Of a stretch of DNA of 64,000 nucleotides, positions 25,988-38,375 are shown in pieces. Positions within the stretch are counted from its first letter, which is position 1. Each line of letters starts with the position of its first letter. The translations under genes and the position numbers were made by a program. The notes under the pieces were generated by a model. That model made no database searches. It was not told where the DNA came from and worked only from the letters and a program-made list of their open reading frames with translations. Source of the stretch: Syncephalis fuscata S228 (Eukaryota; Fungi; Zoopagomycota); NCBI GenBank assembly GCA_025786725.1, contig JAHLTZ010000025.1:310001-374000 (forward strand), written 5' to 3'.

Positions 25988-27473
25988 TATTAAGTAATAG
26001 AAAACAAATGTTTACAATATCTACTGCAAAGTTTTTGAAGTACGTTATTTATGATTTGTTGTTGTGTCATAAGTTTATCATATATTTATAATAATAATGA
26101 CTCATTTATTAAATAAGTAGAAATCTATCTTTCTGCAATCATTAGAACACTGCAGAAATACCTAGATTGCAATAATATATAAACAATTCACTTGGTTGTT
26201 TGTATAATCTAATACGCAAGGTGATTCTTATTTTGTAAATAACTTTTTTAGTTTAATTGATAGGTGCAAGATTTAGTTTTAAAATTGTTTAACATGGCTA
26301 ATGGCAAAAAGATAATTTATTATAAAACATTAAATAGCTTTTATAAAATGATGTAATACGTTTGTTGCCATAAAAATATTCATCAACATAAATAATAATA
26401 AAAATAAGCTTATTAGCAATATAGCGGCGTCATTGATTATGAGGCGGAATGCCGATAATATAAACTGAATCTTGATATAAGGGACTGAATAGTGTAGCTG
26501 TCAAATAGTTTTGTACAAATTTATTTAAATAAAAATATAAATTTGATTTGCTGTCTATAAATAATCATTGTTACTAGCATCTATAAACACCAGTATTATT
26601 AATTTCTATTTAGTTTACCAACTATAAATAATAAATGTATTTAAATTGGGCTAGAAATATTATTGGATTAATAATTCTATGATTTTACTATATTTACAAT
26701 TTATTAATATTAACCTGTTAAATTATAGTAATGAATATTATTTAGTCAATATTTACATAATTATGAGCAAGTTTTAAATATCCCACCATAAATATACATT
26801 TATTAAATGGTATAAATAGTATAGTGCTTTTAGTATTTATATGTGTGTGGTTTTAAATAATACCGTGTTTTAATATTATTTTTCTTTATTCATTAATATT
26901 AACGTGTCATAATATTACATGTCTAAAAGCTAATATGCTGTCATAAATGTTTAACAGTTCAGCTAGTTGAGCCTTTTACCTGCATATGCTTTTTATTTTA
27001 ACATATAATTTTTGTTGTTGTTGTACCATGTGCTGATTACAGCGTTTGAATTATACAATAGTAAGAGTTTGGTAATGTCAAACAAAAGTTAAACAACTAT
27101 ACCAATCATATCATTGCCAAGTTCTTTATCCTTGAATTCAATAAACCGTTACTTATTGCTATTAATATAAATTGTACTCAATTGTAAAGTGTAAAAGATT
27201 TAGTAATATGAAGCGAATAAAACAATAGTGTGTTGGGCGCGTAATTCACACTGAATCAATGATTTGGTAATGATCATATTAGAATGTACCAACTTTTTCA
27301 TGATTTACTATTTCTACTATTTAAAATGCCTATATGTTTATATAAATTAATTTTTATTCAATACATACTAACAAAAACACAGTGTAAGTATATTATTGCA
27401 TGCCAATAGCAATGCTTATCCAATCGTCAATATCTGACTTTATATGACTACAATATTATTTATAGTCACTCAT

Positions 27474-28694
27474 TTATACACTCCACCAATTGCCAAATGC
27501 ACTGCGTATTAATACAGCTAATGACTCTTGATGAACCATCGATTCTTCTTTTTCTTCTTCTTCTTGTTGTTGTTGTTCAGTATTAATGATTGAATGGGGA
27601 TTGGTAGGCGATTTCTCAGCTGCTACAATGCGTTCCACAACAGATGCCACTGTCCATTCCGATGTAGTAACTGCTGCTGCTGCTGCTGATCCTCCACTAC
27701 CAGCTGTATTGCCCAGCAATAGCACATCACTATTGACAAATCTTTTGGCAAACCCGTATTTCCACAAACAAGTAGGCGAAATACCGGTACTTTCAAGTTG
27801 TTGTTCCACTTGTTGTCGTAACGAAGAATAGCCTGCTATTTGAGGAATAATCGACTCTAGTTGCTCAGTCATATCACCAGCAAGCCAGCCCAAATAGATT
27901 TGATCATTTTGATTATAATCACTCCTATTCAGTGCAGTCAATGCATCATTAAACATGCAGACTCTTTCGGGATACATTGGACCAGGTAGCACTGGACTTT
28001 TACTTTGGCCGGCAAGGATGTAGGCCAAGGAAACACGTAACCATACTAGTTCACAATAGCTAGGTTGATTGCTATCGCCTTCTTCTTTTTCTTCACCCTT
28101 ATTATCTTGCTCGTTCTTTGTTGCTGTAACTGATCGCCAGCGAGCTAATACTCGCGCATCACCTACATAGCCTTTACGACAACGATATTCCGTCTCGGCA
28201 AACGGATGATATCGCTCGTGGAATAATTTTTTAGCAGTAGCATCAGAACTGCCCGGTTTATCTTCAGCACGATCCGTCAATACAATAGGTGGCTGCCATG
28301 GCTGAAACTGCAAGTTATACCGATCGCCCGTCTGCAATTGTATGTTTGCTTTCTCCGCTATAGATGCTGTTGCAGCTGCCGTCGACAATTTAATGGGACG
28401 GATACACCGGAATTCAACAACTTTATGCATTGGGTCAAAGACCGTGGCCCGTAATGGTACAGAGAATCGGCCTGAAGCGCCACGTACGTGCAATTCCAAC
28501 TTTAGTATACTTTGTCGGTCGTGGTGTAGTTGCAGATAGAGCGCAACAGGGGCCATACTATGAAATGTACGACAAACGGTGGCCAGTCGACCAACCTCGT
28601 TGAATTCCAGCAACACTAAAAGACGTAACAAAACATCGGGTGGCAATGTGGCTAAACGGCCAGTTTGAATAGAGCCTAATGAAATAATACTCAT
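27474..28694 (-). CDS. F-box domain protein
   Basis: N-terminal F-box LATLPPDVLLRLLVLLEFNEVGRLATVCRTFH; single exon of ~406 aa. Confidence 0.8.
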   Translation of the reverse strand: MSIISLGSIQTGRLATLPPDVLLRLLVLLEFNEVGRLATVCRTFHSMAPVALYLQLHHDRQSILKLELHVRGASGRFSVPLRATVFDPMHKVVEFRCIRPIKLSTAAATASIAEKANIQLQTGDRYNLQFQPWQPPIVLTDRAEDKPGSSDATAKKLFHERYHPFAETEYRCRKGYVGDARVLARWRSVTATKNEQDNKGEEKEEGDSNQPSYCELVWLRVSLAYILAGQSKSPVLPGPMYPERVCMFNDALTALNRSDYNQNDQIYLGWLAGDMTEQLESIIPQIAGYSSLRQQVEQQLESTGISPTCLWKYGFAKRFVNSDVLLLGNTAGSGGSAAAAAVTTSEWTVASVVERIVAAEKSPTNPHSIINTEQQQQEEEEKEESMVHQESLAVLIRSAFGNWWSV

Positions 28695-28898
28695 AACAAA
28701 CAAACAAGCAGCTGATGACTGATGACTGTCAATAGTAAAGAAGTAAACGAAGGTGAATTAACAAAGGTAAACACTGCACATACGCAATTATATAATAATC
28801 TTTTACTACTAATAGACACGTGTTTAATTTGGTCCATATAAAATGAATTGAATTAGAATATTTTAACAAATTATAATTATCATGTAGAGTCATTATTA

Positions 28899-30509
28899 CT
28901 AATGTCGCTGTTTCTTCGATTTAGTTTTTCCGTTATCATTGACGTGGTCCGTGTTATTTTCTACTTCTTGCAATACAGCTGATGCATTTGAGTCTGCATC
29001 ATCACCAAATAGTTCACCTAGTGTCTAAAATACAATTAAATGGACGCTTATTGACTACTATCCTATTGCTTACTTCATGTTTTCGTTTCGTAGGTGACCA
29101 GCCTGAATCATCTTCCTCGTCTTCATTTTCCGAGTTCTTTTATAACATATTAGTCACTTTTAGCTTATATTATTATTAATAATAGTAATAGTTACCGATG
29201 GTGTTTGAAGTAAATAGGCCAAACCAGGTCCTTCAGGTTCACTGCCTTCTGACACATCTTCATCGCTATTATTCTCGTCTGTATCCTCTTCTTCAAGCGA
29301 TAGCTCTTCATCTATTTCATCCTGGTCCTCCTCGTCACTTTCAATAGTCTCGTCAGCACTGTCATTATTCTGTTCTTCTTCCTGTTTAGTATCAGATCCT
29401 TGTGTTGATTTCACGCTGCTTTCTTCATTGTCTTCCTCGCCCTCGCTGTTGCTATCTTCAAATTGATACTCTTCAGATAGACTAGCTTGTATATCTTCAT
29501 CGGCACTGCCATTGTTGGCTACATAGTCTTCATCGTCTTCATCGTCATCGTCATCTTCATCGTTCATAAATAGACCAGCCTTTTGTTGATTAGCAATAAT
29601 ATTACGTAGTGCCGTCTCATCTACTTCTACTTCTTCGCCATCACTATTAACATAGACGCCATTATGAATACGAGATAAAATAGTTTCAATATCAACGCCT
29701 GATGCTTGGTAGCTTTCACCGTCTTCTTCTTCTTCTTCTTCTTCTTCTTCGTCATCCTCTTCTTCTTCACTAGATCCAGTTTCAAACTCTTCCTCATCCT
29801 CTTCTTCATCATTAGAGTCGTCGTCAGAATCTACTTCTTTTCCATCGCTAATAACACTATTTAATAGTTGGCAATATTGCTGTTATACACTGCTTACCGA
29901 TCTTCCCCATCCAGTGTACAGAGTACTGGTAACATTTCAAATATTTGTTGTCGATAATTAGGTAATTTTGTTATTTCACACTCTAATAGACACAAGTGTT
30001 TTAAATTATTTAAATGTCGCTAATGGTGTGTTGCTATAAGTAACTGCGCAATGGATATGTAAATAAAGTGAAACCCACCAAAGGTAGCAATGCTTCAAAA
30101 GTGCTTATTCGGTTATTGCTCAAGTCCAGATAGTCAAGCGCTGGAAGACTGTGAGCCAGCGCCTCTAGTCCGTCTGCAATTCTATTATCTGCTAATGCTA
30201 GCTGCAATTGGCCAAGGTATTGTCAAAAGATTGGTTGGTACTTAGTGATTATCCACTATGGCTTACCCGTCGTAATCCCAATAGTTCAGGGAAATTACGC
30301 AGACTTGTACAATGTACACCAGTTAAAGACAAACTGAGTAAATTGACAAAGCGCGGTAGTGGTGAATACGCGTCAGCGGTATTAGACGACGACGACGCAG
30401 GTTCATAGCACAAAAGTTCAATGGTTGGAATGCGTTGATTATCCAGAAACAATTGACGGACATTCTGTGGCTTTCGATACCGCATCAATTGACGCAATGT
30501 AGGATCCAT
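28899..30509 (-). CDS. ANP32-like acidic leucine-rich nuclear phosphoprotein
   Basis: LRRs (VRQLFLDN, SLRNFPELLGLRRLQLALADNRIADGLEAL, LDYLDLSNNRI), LRR cap YRQQIFEMLPVLCTLDG, long D/E tail, basic NLS-like PTKRKH and KSKKQRH-stop. Confidence 0.88.
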
Positions 30510-31563
30510 ATTAAAAGAATATATATATACCAAAGCACCAATCCAGCTAGATCTGACAAAAAAGAAAACCACGACTTGTTTGGAATAAAGTTTGTGTGTG
30601 TGTGTGTGTGTGATATGATGGTTACTGAAGGCTTGAGTCAACATAGATTTCCTGTTTGACTCGATACTTTTTTTATAAAATAATTCAACTTATCATGTTG
30701 ATAAACATGATGGCTCATTAATATATTGTGTACAGCTTTGTTAATGAAATTTCATTATTGCTATTATGCACAGTTTTCAATGTATGATTACTTTAACAAA
30801 ATATGCATACTAGTCTTTTATTGCTACAAAATAAAACAATAAATACTGCTATTCGATTGAGTGTAGTGTAGGTACATTTGATTGAAATGTATATGAAATA
30901 TGCTAAAGATGCAGTTGATGCTACCACTAGCACGTCGTCTACTATCAAACCAACACAGCTCTTATTTTAGGCATGACAGGCCATAACGGTTTGATCATAT
31001 TTGGCTAATATTTTATTTTAAATTCCGATTGCTGGCTTGTATTAGACACAATCATTTATGCAACAAGTATAATTGGCCACAGCTTATACGCACAATGGAA
31101 AACTATACAGATTATTCGATATGCAAATAAGTGTTTTGCTAAGTAAGTAAAGATATTTAGCATAATTTTAAAAATGAGTAGCATACCAGTTGCAAATTAT
31201 TATGGCGAAACATATGGAATATTCTAATTGGAATGCAAATAAGGCGTCCAATTGGTATGCCGGTGCTTTAGTTAAATTGCCATATTGTATTAAATTTAAC
31301 ATCAGCTTAAATTTGAAACAAATAACACCATGCTGTCGATTTACTATTTATATCTTACTCCAATAAAGCATTCCCTTTTGAACCAATGTCGGCTGAGTTG
31401 TAATTAATTGTTATTTAGCTGTTTGTAAATTTTACATTAATTGGTGGCTATCCTTAAAATATCATACAACTTGACGCTTCTACTTTTTTATTTGATATTA
31501 GTGGATTGCAAGTCTAGGACTCTACTTGAACGACATACACAAATAACGAAACGCCGCTTCAAT

Positions 31564-32723
31564 ATGGCCAAAATCAATTTTTTTGCTATTACTGTTGCTT
31601 GTACGGCTATGATGCTGTCTAATATACCATCAAGTAATGCTCACTACGGACGACTTAATGGTAGGCTATAAATCACAATTAGCATTAGTGCTAATGGCTT
31701 ACACGTTTGACAGGAAAAGTCATTCCTACTGGTATTGGCAGATATTATCTTAATAGTCCAGGAAGACTAAGCGATCATAAATTTACAAAGACAATTAAAT
31801 GGAGTACTGCATCTGATCGCATAGCCTTTGGTTACACGGAGTGGAAAGGTATCGATGCCTTTATTAAATGCGTAGACGATCCTGAGGGTGATTCACTGGA
31901 AAGAGAAGCTATTTATGTACGAGTGTAGTTGATAAAAAAACACCAAATTGCTTACGTAAATATTAGAGATTGGAGTGGCTCAAAGACCATTTAAAGGATA
32001 TGCCAGGAAGAAACAACATCCAGCATCCGTTATACCAATTCAAAATTGATCTTTATAAGCAGAGCAATAGAAAAGGCAATTGTTTTGTCTACACGCGTGC
32101 GCCTGGTGTAGCATTAGAAGAGTTTGCTGTTGGTAAAACCTGGAATCAGAAGGCTGCATATCTGCCTAAAGCAATGCTTCAGGTAATGCAAGGTAAGTGC
32201 TTACTCTATTTGAACGATGAAGCATCAATAGTTATCATCGAATATAGGTATTTTATATTTGCGCCATGCTGGTGTTATACACAATGATATAGCTGCCAGA
32301 AGTAAGCTGTAAAGCATTTGGAAGAACTACGCTAATTAGTTGATGTTAGATATTGTTGTTGATGTTGACTTTGAAACCAACAGAGTTCAGGCGACCGTTG
32401 TCGATTACGATAATGTCACTTTTATGCATCGAACTGCCAATGAAGCTGTAAACTCGGCTCTATCGCAAGCAAAAAAGCTGAATGGCCCATTTGAATCTGG
32501 TGCAACTTGTCGAGAAGATGATCGTAAATTTGGTCTACTAATCTATTATACACTCACCGGAAAAATCGCTAAGAAGCCAAATATAAGCAAAACGGATCTT
32601 TACAATTTCATGAAAGACGAATTTAGTAAAACACGCTCTCGTGGATTTCGCACTACATTGAAGCAACTAGATTTTCAAATTGGAAAAACATTAAAACATT
32701 ATACCCGTTTGTACAGGCCATGA
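31564..32723 (+). CDS. Secreted protein-kinase-like protein (5 exons)
   Basis: Signal peptide MAKINFFAITVACTAMMLSNIPSSNA; AFIKC (beta3 Lys), EREA (alphaC Glu), spliced GILYLRHAGVIHNDIAARNIVV, VVDYDNV (DFG position), DDRKFGLLIY. Confidence 0.8.
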
Positions 32724-33278
32724 TATTGCTATCATCAAAGGAGTATAAGGACTGTGCGATTCCAAATAATGTTATGATTTTATTAGGATTTACTAACATG
32801 TAATAAACGGTTTATTTCAGCTGGGCCTTAATTGAATGCATTATTTGTACTAAAAAAACTAATGCTTATATTGAGCATGACATTTATGCTAAATGTGATA
32901 TTTTTGAAATTATAATCAACTCACATTAGACATCCAACTGGTTTTTATGTGTTTATGTTGTAGATTTAAAGTATCAAATTAGTTCCAAATGCATCTACTT
33001 TCACGGCAAATATTATATTCCATTCAGCACAGCAATGATATATTTAACGCAATTCCTCATCGCTACTATATTCTTGTATATGATATAGTTTATGTGGCAT
33101 AAAACAAGCCATTTGGTCGATTTTTCTGTCCAATACTCGACTGTTCCGTTGGTTTATGCCGTTTACCTACGTTGATTGAGAAGACATACTAACAAAGGCG
33201 GATGTTTGTTTAAACGCTCGCTACAATTGGCGCCTTTATTTCTCACAACCTATTTATCCAGCATGCTTTGTAATATAC

Positions 33279-33794
33279 CGGGCTTTATCGGCTCAACCTT
33301 CTTTACCAAGCCAGTAGACTCGTGGTTGAATGTTCTAACGAATGACTTTGTGTGTTCACTACCACATGGTCAGAATTAGTAGCTGCCCGTTTTTTCCCGC
33401 GGGTGTGTGGTATCCTATACTAATTGATCGACAAATAGACTGTATCCAGCACCTTCAAATTACTGCTTTTGCAATTAATTGTGCATGCTTGGAATGACCT
33501 CGTTAGACTTGTTTCCGTCATACTAACTAAAAGAAATTTAAAAATAACCACTAGTGCACAAATAATCAAGTTTATGGCTCACGTGTCTACAACATTTTGA
33601 ATATGATGTCATTTTTATTCTAGAAACTAAGGAGCTCCGAGGTTGTCCGTGAGCCCAGAATGGACAGGGTGAGTCGTGCCACGTTTGCTGGGCATTCTTA
33701 ATATTATGGCAAACTACAAAATATATGGGGGTAATAATTTAAGGCCGAATTTATCCGATGTAGATGATTCACAATCTCAGCCCGGCCTTTTCCG
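33279..33794. promoter_or_regulatory. Five CGG-N7-CGG / CCG-N7-CCG zinc-cluster binding sites upstream of AOX
   Basis: 33279-33291 CGGgctttatCGG; 33387-33399 CCGttttttcCCG; 33637-33649 CCGaggttgtCCG; 33745-33757 CCGaatttatCCG; 33782-33794 CCGgccttttCCG. Confidence 0.8.
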
Positions 33795-33919
33795 ATACTT
33801 ACGAAACTGCAAATAAATAAAACTACGTACTCAATTGGATGCATCAGTTGTAAAAGTCAGCACATTACCACAAATTGTTTTATCGAACTTGATTTCCAGC
33901 AAATACCATTTGCACTAAA

Positions 33920-35148
33920 ATGAACTATCGTACCGCTTTTGGCTCTCCAGCAACTGCCCGCTTGGTATGTGCCTATTAATGCCGTCTATACGCTATACAT
34001 ATATTGATTCATAAATCCGTTCGTCTATCTAGATGGCTCGTCCCATGGAGCTCATTGCTGCCAGCTATCGCCATGCACCTATACGCGCTGCTAGCACTCC
34101 AGTACATCTACGCTGCGTTTCCAGCGTGCCACACAGCTTTCCAGCCACAAAGCCTTCTCTAGTACGAGATGAATTTCTTGAACCGCTCAGCACTGAGCAG
34201 CTAGAGAAGATGGATATTGGTTTAACACAGCATCGTGCGCCGTCCTCGGTAAGCGACTGGGTTGCGCTCAAGACCGTAAAGACCATGCGTATATTTGCGG
34301 ATACTTTTTTCCGTAAACGATATCTGCATCGAGCAGTTACGGTAAGCAAACAGTTGAGCGCAAATACAGCCATTTACTAACCTGTTTATAAATTAAAGCT
34401 TGAAACAGTTGCTGCTGTGCCCGGTATGGTTGCTGGCATGCATCGTCATCTTACTAGTTTACGTCGTATGCGACACGATGGTGGATGGATTGGCCATTTG
34501 CTAGCTGAAGCCGAAAACGAGCGGTAAACAATATCACAATTCAACTTTACGTGTATTTAACTTTCATTATTACAGCATGCATTTACTCACTTGGATGAAG
34601 GTGGCTCAGCCAACACTATTGGAGCGTGGTTTAGTTGTCACTATCCAGGTAATTAATCTATTATTAAGTAACGTCCACCTTCTAACATGCTACAGGGAGC
34701 CTTTTTTGCTACTTATTTCACAATCTACTTGCTTGCCCCCAAAACGGCTCATCGGTAAATATCTACTGCTGCAACAAAATGGTTTAATCGACTAACTTAA
34801 ATGTTTTTTAGTATTGTGGGCTACTTGGAAGAAGAGGCAGTTGTTTCCTATACCCAAATGTTAGCACAAATTGATAATGGCCAAATTCCAAATGGACCTG
34901 CACCGCAAATTGCTATTGATTACTGGAATTTGCCTAAAAACGCTACTCTTCGCGACGTCACTTTAGCTATCCGTGCCGATGAAGCAATGCATCGCGATGC
35001 CAATCACGACTTTGCCGATCGTTTAAAAACAGGTCAAGAAAATTTACGCGAATCAACAGAAATCCCAGCACTTAAGGAGGTTCCGTACAAAATTCCAGCC
35101 ACCATTACTATCAATAACTCATCTAAATTATCTAATACTGGAACATAA
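33920..35148 (+). CDS. AOX1: Mitochondrial alternative oxidase
   Basis: [80 protein letters not shown] (diiron ligands); presequence-like N-terminus; 5 introns. Confidence 0.97.
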
Positions 35149-35460
35149 GTTACTATCTTCATTGTCATTTTATATTTTCTACAATTCACTAGCTATATAG
35201 GTACTAAAATAAACAGAGGCTATTCAATAAATATGTCATTAGCAATAATGTAAACAGCAAAAAAGCCATTTACCAATTAAATTACATGCATTACCTAGTA
35301 CAAAGATTAAAATTAAAATTTGCACTAGTAAATTTTTGTTACATAGCAATTCAACAGTTATACAGCCTAGACAAAGAGTATAGAAACAACGTTACTAGCG
35401 TTGATTTGCTCGGTATTAATCGTCTGAGTTTAGCAGCAATTGTAGTATTAGTTTATTAAT

Positions 35461-36957
35461 CTAATGAAGACTTTCTTTAACATTGTAAAATGCGCGCTCA
35501 ATATTAAGCATACCGGTTTTGTGATATAAACTATATGTAGTAAACTTACTGCTTGTCGTATACACAGACGACGCAGTTTCTTGGAACGCAAGTCTAATAT
35601 TAGCATTGTTTATACGTTTTCCTCCTTTTAGCTGGAGAAATAGAGCAATAGACCCAGCTACATATGCAACAGCACCGGAAATGTCGCTAAACCAACCGTA
35701 TCTATTGATATTATCGATTGTAGTTGTAAAAAGATTGTTACTTGGCGCTAAAATATCTGGATTTACAGGAAAATATGTTTGCATAGTTCCTACTTTTATC
35801 CCGTCTACAATAGAATGATAAGACTCATTTATGTTTCCATTTTCACCAGAAAAAACCAGCATACGTTGGTTGTCAGTATGATAAAGTTGGCTGACGTATT
35901 GGCCGTCATTTTCGCTAAGAATAAATACAGGCACTTTGCACGTTCTTCTAATGCTATCAGGTGCAGTAGTAATGAGTCCTGCTGCATTTGTTTGTTGAAT
36001 AAAGTCTAATAAATCTTTGTCGGCTGTATCCTGGTCTGTAGCTAACACTATTTTTCCTTGTACGGCCTTGCCAATATTGGCACGATCAAGCAATTTTAAA
36101 CTACTAATTGGAACAATACCTACTGCTCCAATATCATAATTCATATTATTACAAGGCGACTGGAATTTAACTCGAATTATGGGTATATTCATTATACGAA
36201 ACCAGTGCGACATATAGTAGGGTAAATTTGCACCACCAACAGAAATCACTGGCAGACGAGAATATGAAAAATATGATTGTTTTTCAAAGTTGTAATTATT
36301 GCTACTTGCGGATACAATCAAATTGATGTTACTATTGGCTGCTTCTATAATTTGCTCTCGCAATTCATGAGCAAATGCATCTACAATGGCAATTTCCGGC
36401 AATGTGATAACATCCATTTTGTGCTCTATTGCTTTTTTTAAAGCTTGTAAAACAACAGAAGTTGAAGTTGGGCCAGTGCATCCAAAGACGCGATAAATAC
36501 CAAGTTCCACATCTGATGCAATACCAACAAATGACTTAGTCTTTGCTGCAATAATTCCAGCAAGCTTGGTCCCATGACCGTTGCACTTGTCAAGTACGTT
36601 CGCACTTTCTTGCTGACGATTTCTACCGTTAAAATCATTGCCTACAAAGTCATATCCGAATTTAATAATAGATGTCTGAGTAAGAGGATTTGTAAAGGCG
36701 TAGTGATTATAATCAATTCCACTATCAATAATGCCAACTTTAATTCCTTGCCCATGGCTAGTATATTTTGAATGAAATGAATCTATTCCAGTAGCTTTGT
36801 AATAAGGTGTTACATTAAACTGTTTTCCAGTGATTTGGGAAATATAAAGCGGTGCTTCAAGCGAATTAGTGATTCGATAATCATCAGTCTGAGCTACAGT
36901 GCGATGTATTGCACACAAAAATAGCGTATACGCTATTAAAGTTTTCTGTATAGCCAT
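35461..36957 (-). CDS. Secreted subtilisin-like (S8) protein with PA-domain insert, divergent active site
   Basis: Signal peptide; KVGIIDSGIDY (Asp), DKCNGHGTKLAGII (His), GIYRVFGC, VQGKIVL (PA domain), PDILAP, FSDISGAVAYVAG (Ser region); single exon, 498 aa. Confidence 0.85.
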   Translation of the reverse strand: MAIQKTLIAYTLFLCAIHRTVAQTDDYRITNSLEAPLYISQITGKQFNVTPYYKATGIDSFHSKYTSHGQGIKVGIIDSGIDYNHYAFTNPLTQTSIIKFGYDFVGNDFNGRNRQQESANVLDKCNGHGTKLAGIIAAKTKSFVGIASDVELGIYRVFGCTGPTSTSVVLQALKKAIEHKMDVITLPEIAIVDAFAHELREQIIEAANSNINLIVSASSNNYNFEKQSYFSYSRLPVISVGGANLPYYMSHWFRIMNIPIIRVKFQSPCNNMNYDIGAVGIVPISSLKLLDRANIGKAVQGKIVLATDQDTADKDLLDFIQQTNAAGLITTAPDSIRRTCKVPVFILSENDGQYVSQLYHTDNQRMLVFSGENGNINESYHSIVDGIKVGTMQTYFPVNPDILAPSNNLFTTTIDNINRYGWFSDISGAVAYVAGSIALFLQLKGGKRINNANIRLAFQETASSVYTTSSKFTTYSLYHKTGMLNIERAFYNVKESLH

Positions 36958-37051
36958 AGTATTGGTAGGTTCTAAAGTAAACTTTTTTGCAAAGCAACTA
37001 TATATATGAAAACGATATACAATAACAAAATGCTTTATTTTTTTGTCAAAT

Positions 37052-37169
37052 ATTTATAACTATAAATAGTATTTAGCATATGGGTCATTTCTTCATCGTG
37101 TACCTATTTATAACCTCATTCGAAATAAAGAAATAGTACATATGTTAAATACTATTTATAGTTATAAAT
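37052..37169. repeat. 118-bp foldback with 31-bp near-perfect inverted arms (MITE-like or hairpin)
   Basis: ATTTATAACTATAAATAGTATTTAGCATATG (37052-37082) against CATATGTTAAATACTATTTATAGTTATAAAT (37139-37169): 30/31 complementary. Confidence 0.85.
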
Positions 37170-38375
37170 GCATTAAAATCTATTTGTAGATTCGGATAAT
37201 GAAAAAACTGATCACTGATAGAAGTAACGGTGAAAATTTATTCAACTATTCCAAATGGAGCAGTCACGTTTTGAATAAATAGTTTTTCCGTTCATTAAAT
37301 TTACCACATTAATCATTTCAAAAAAACTAGAAATAAAAGCGTATATGGCTGCTTTCATTTTATTGTTTATACGCGTAAAAAACATATTTAATTTAATAAA
37401 TTGTAGCTATAATTATATTACCACAAACAATTAAATTACATAAATAAACGTAAGTTTAAGCATCGTTACATTTACTGTAATATCATTATCTTTTATCGCT
37501 TATTTTATACTATGTAGCTTTTATTAATACTTTGTCAGTATTGTAAATACGTAGCACTGTCGCCATTACTAATAGAAATAAATCTTTTTTACTCTATTTT
37601 TTTAGCTTATTGTCAGAATTTATACAATTGCAACCTCTGTCATAGATCTGCTGATTTGAGCTATATTTGGACGTTAAAGCCATTTGATATTGATAATCGC
37701 TATTTTATTAATTGTTATTAAACATCTGACTAAGCTATTTCTTATACTTTTGCTTCTTACTTGGCTGCTTGGCCAATGTTACAGCATCACTTTCTGGTGC
37801 TATAACAATACAACCATTGTAAAAATTACATTTTTATTTCTAATAGTCATGATTGCAGCAAATGCTATAATGTTAGCCTAACACTAAGAGTCTCATGTAT
37901 TGGCTAGTTAATGTTGCTTTGATAATATATTTATTCACTACTATTCATTAGTTATCACAACTTAGCTATGATATGCTCTATAACTTGTATGACGCTAAGT
38001 ATAATTGACATGGTGCAAAACTAGCTATCTCTTTATTGATATTGAATAGCGTTATTACTATATAGTAAACATAGCTAATGGTGGAATCTAAATGCTTTAA
38101 CCATATGCCATTAACACAACATATTAGTTGACTCAACTGTTTATATATTCAAAACTAACAGCTATTTGCCAATCATATAGTTGTAATAGTTGTTTGTTGT
38201 TAGCAACTGATGTTGATATCCGATATATGTATTAATCTCGCTACCATTCATATGTGATATGTTGTCTAATCATATAATGTATTTCCTAATCATGTTATCA
38301 TGACAATATGCCCATAATATTAATATAGTAACAATACCATTTATTCTGTAAACAGTTTATTACCAATTTAATATG

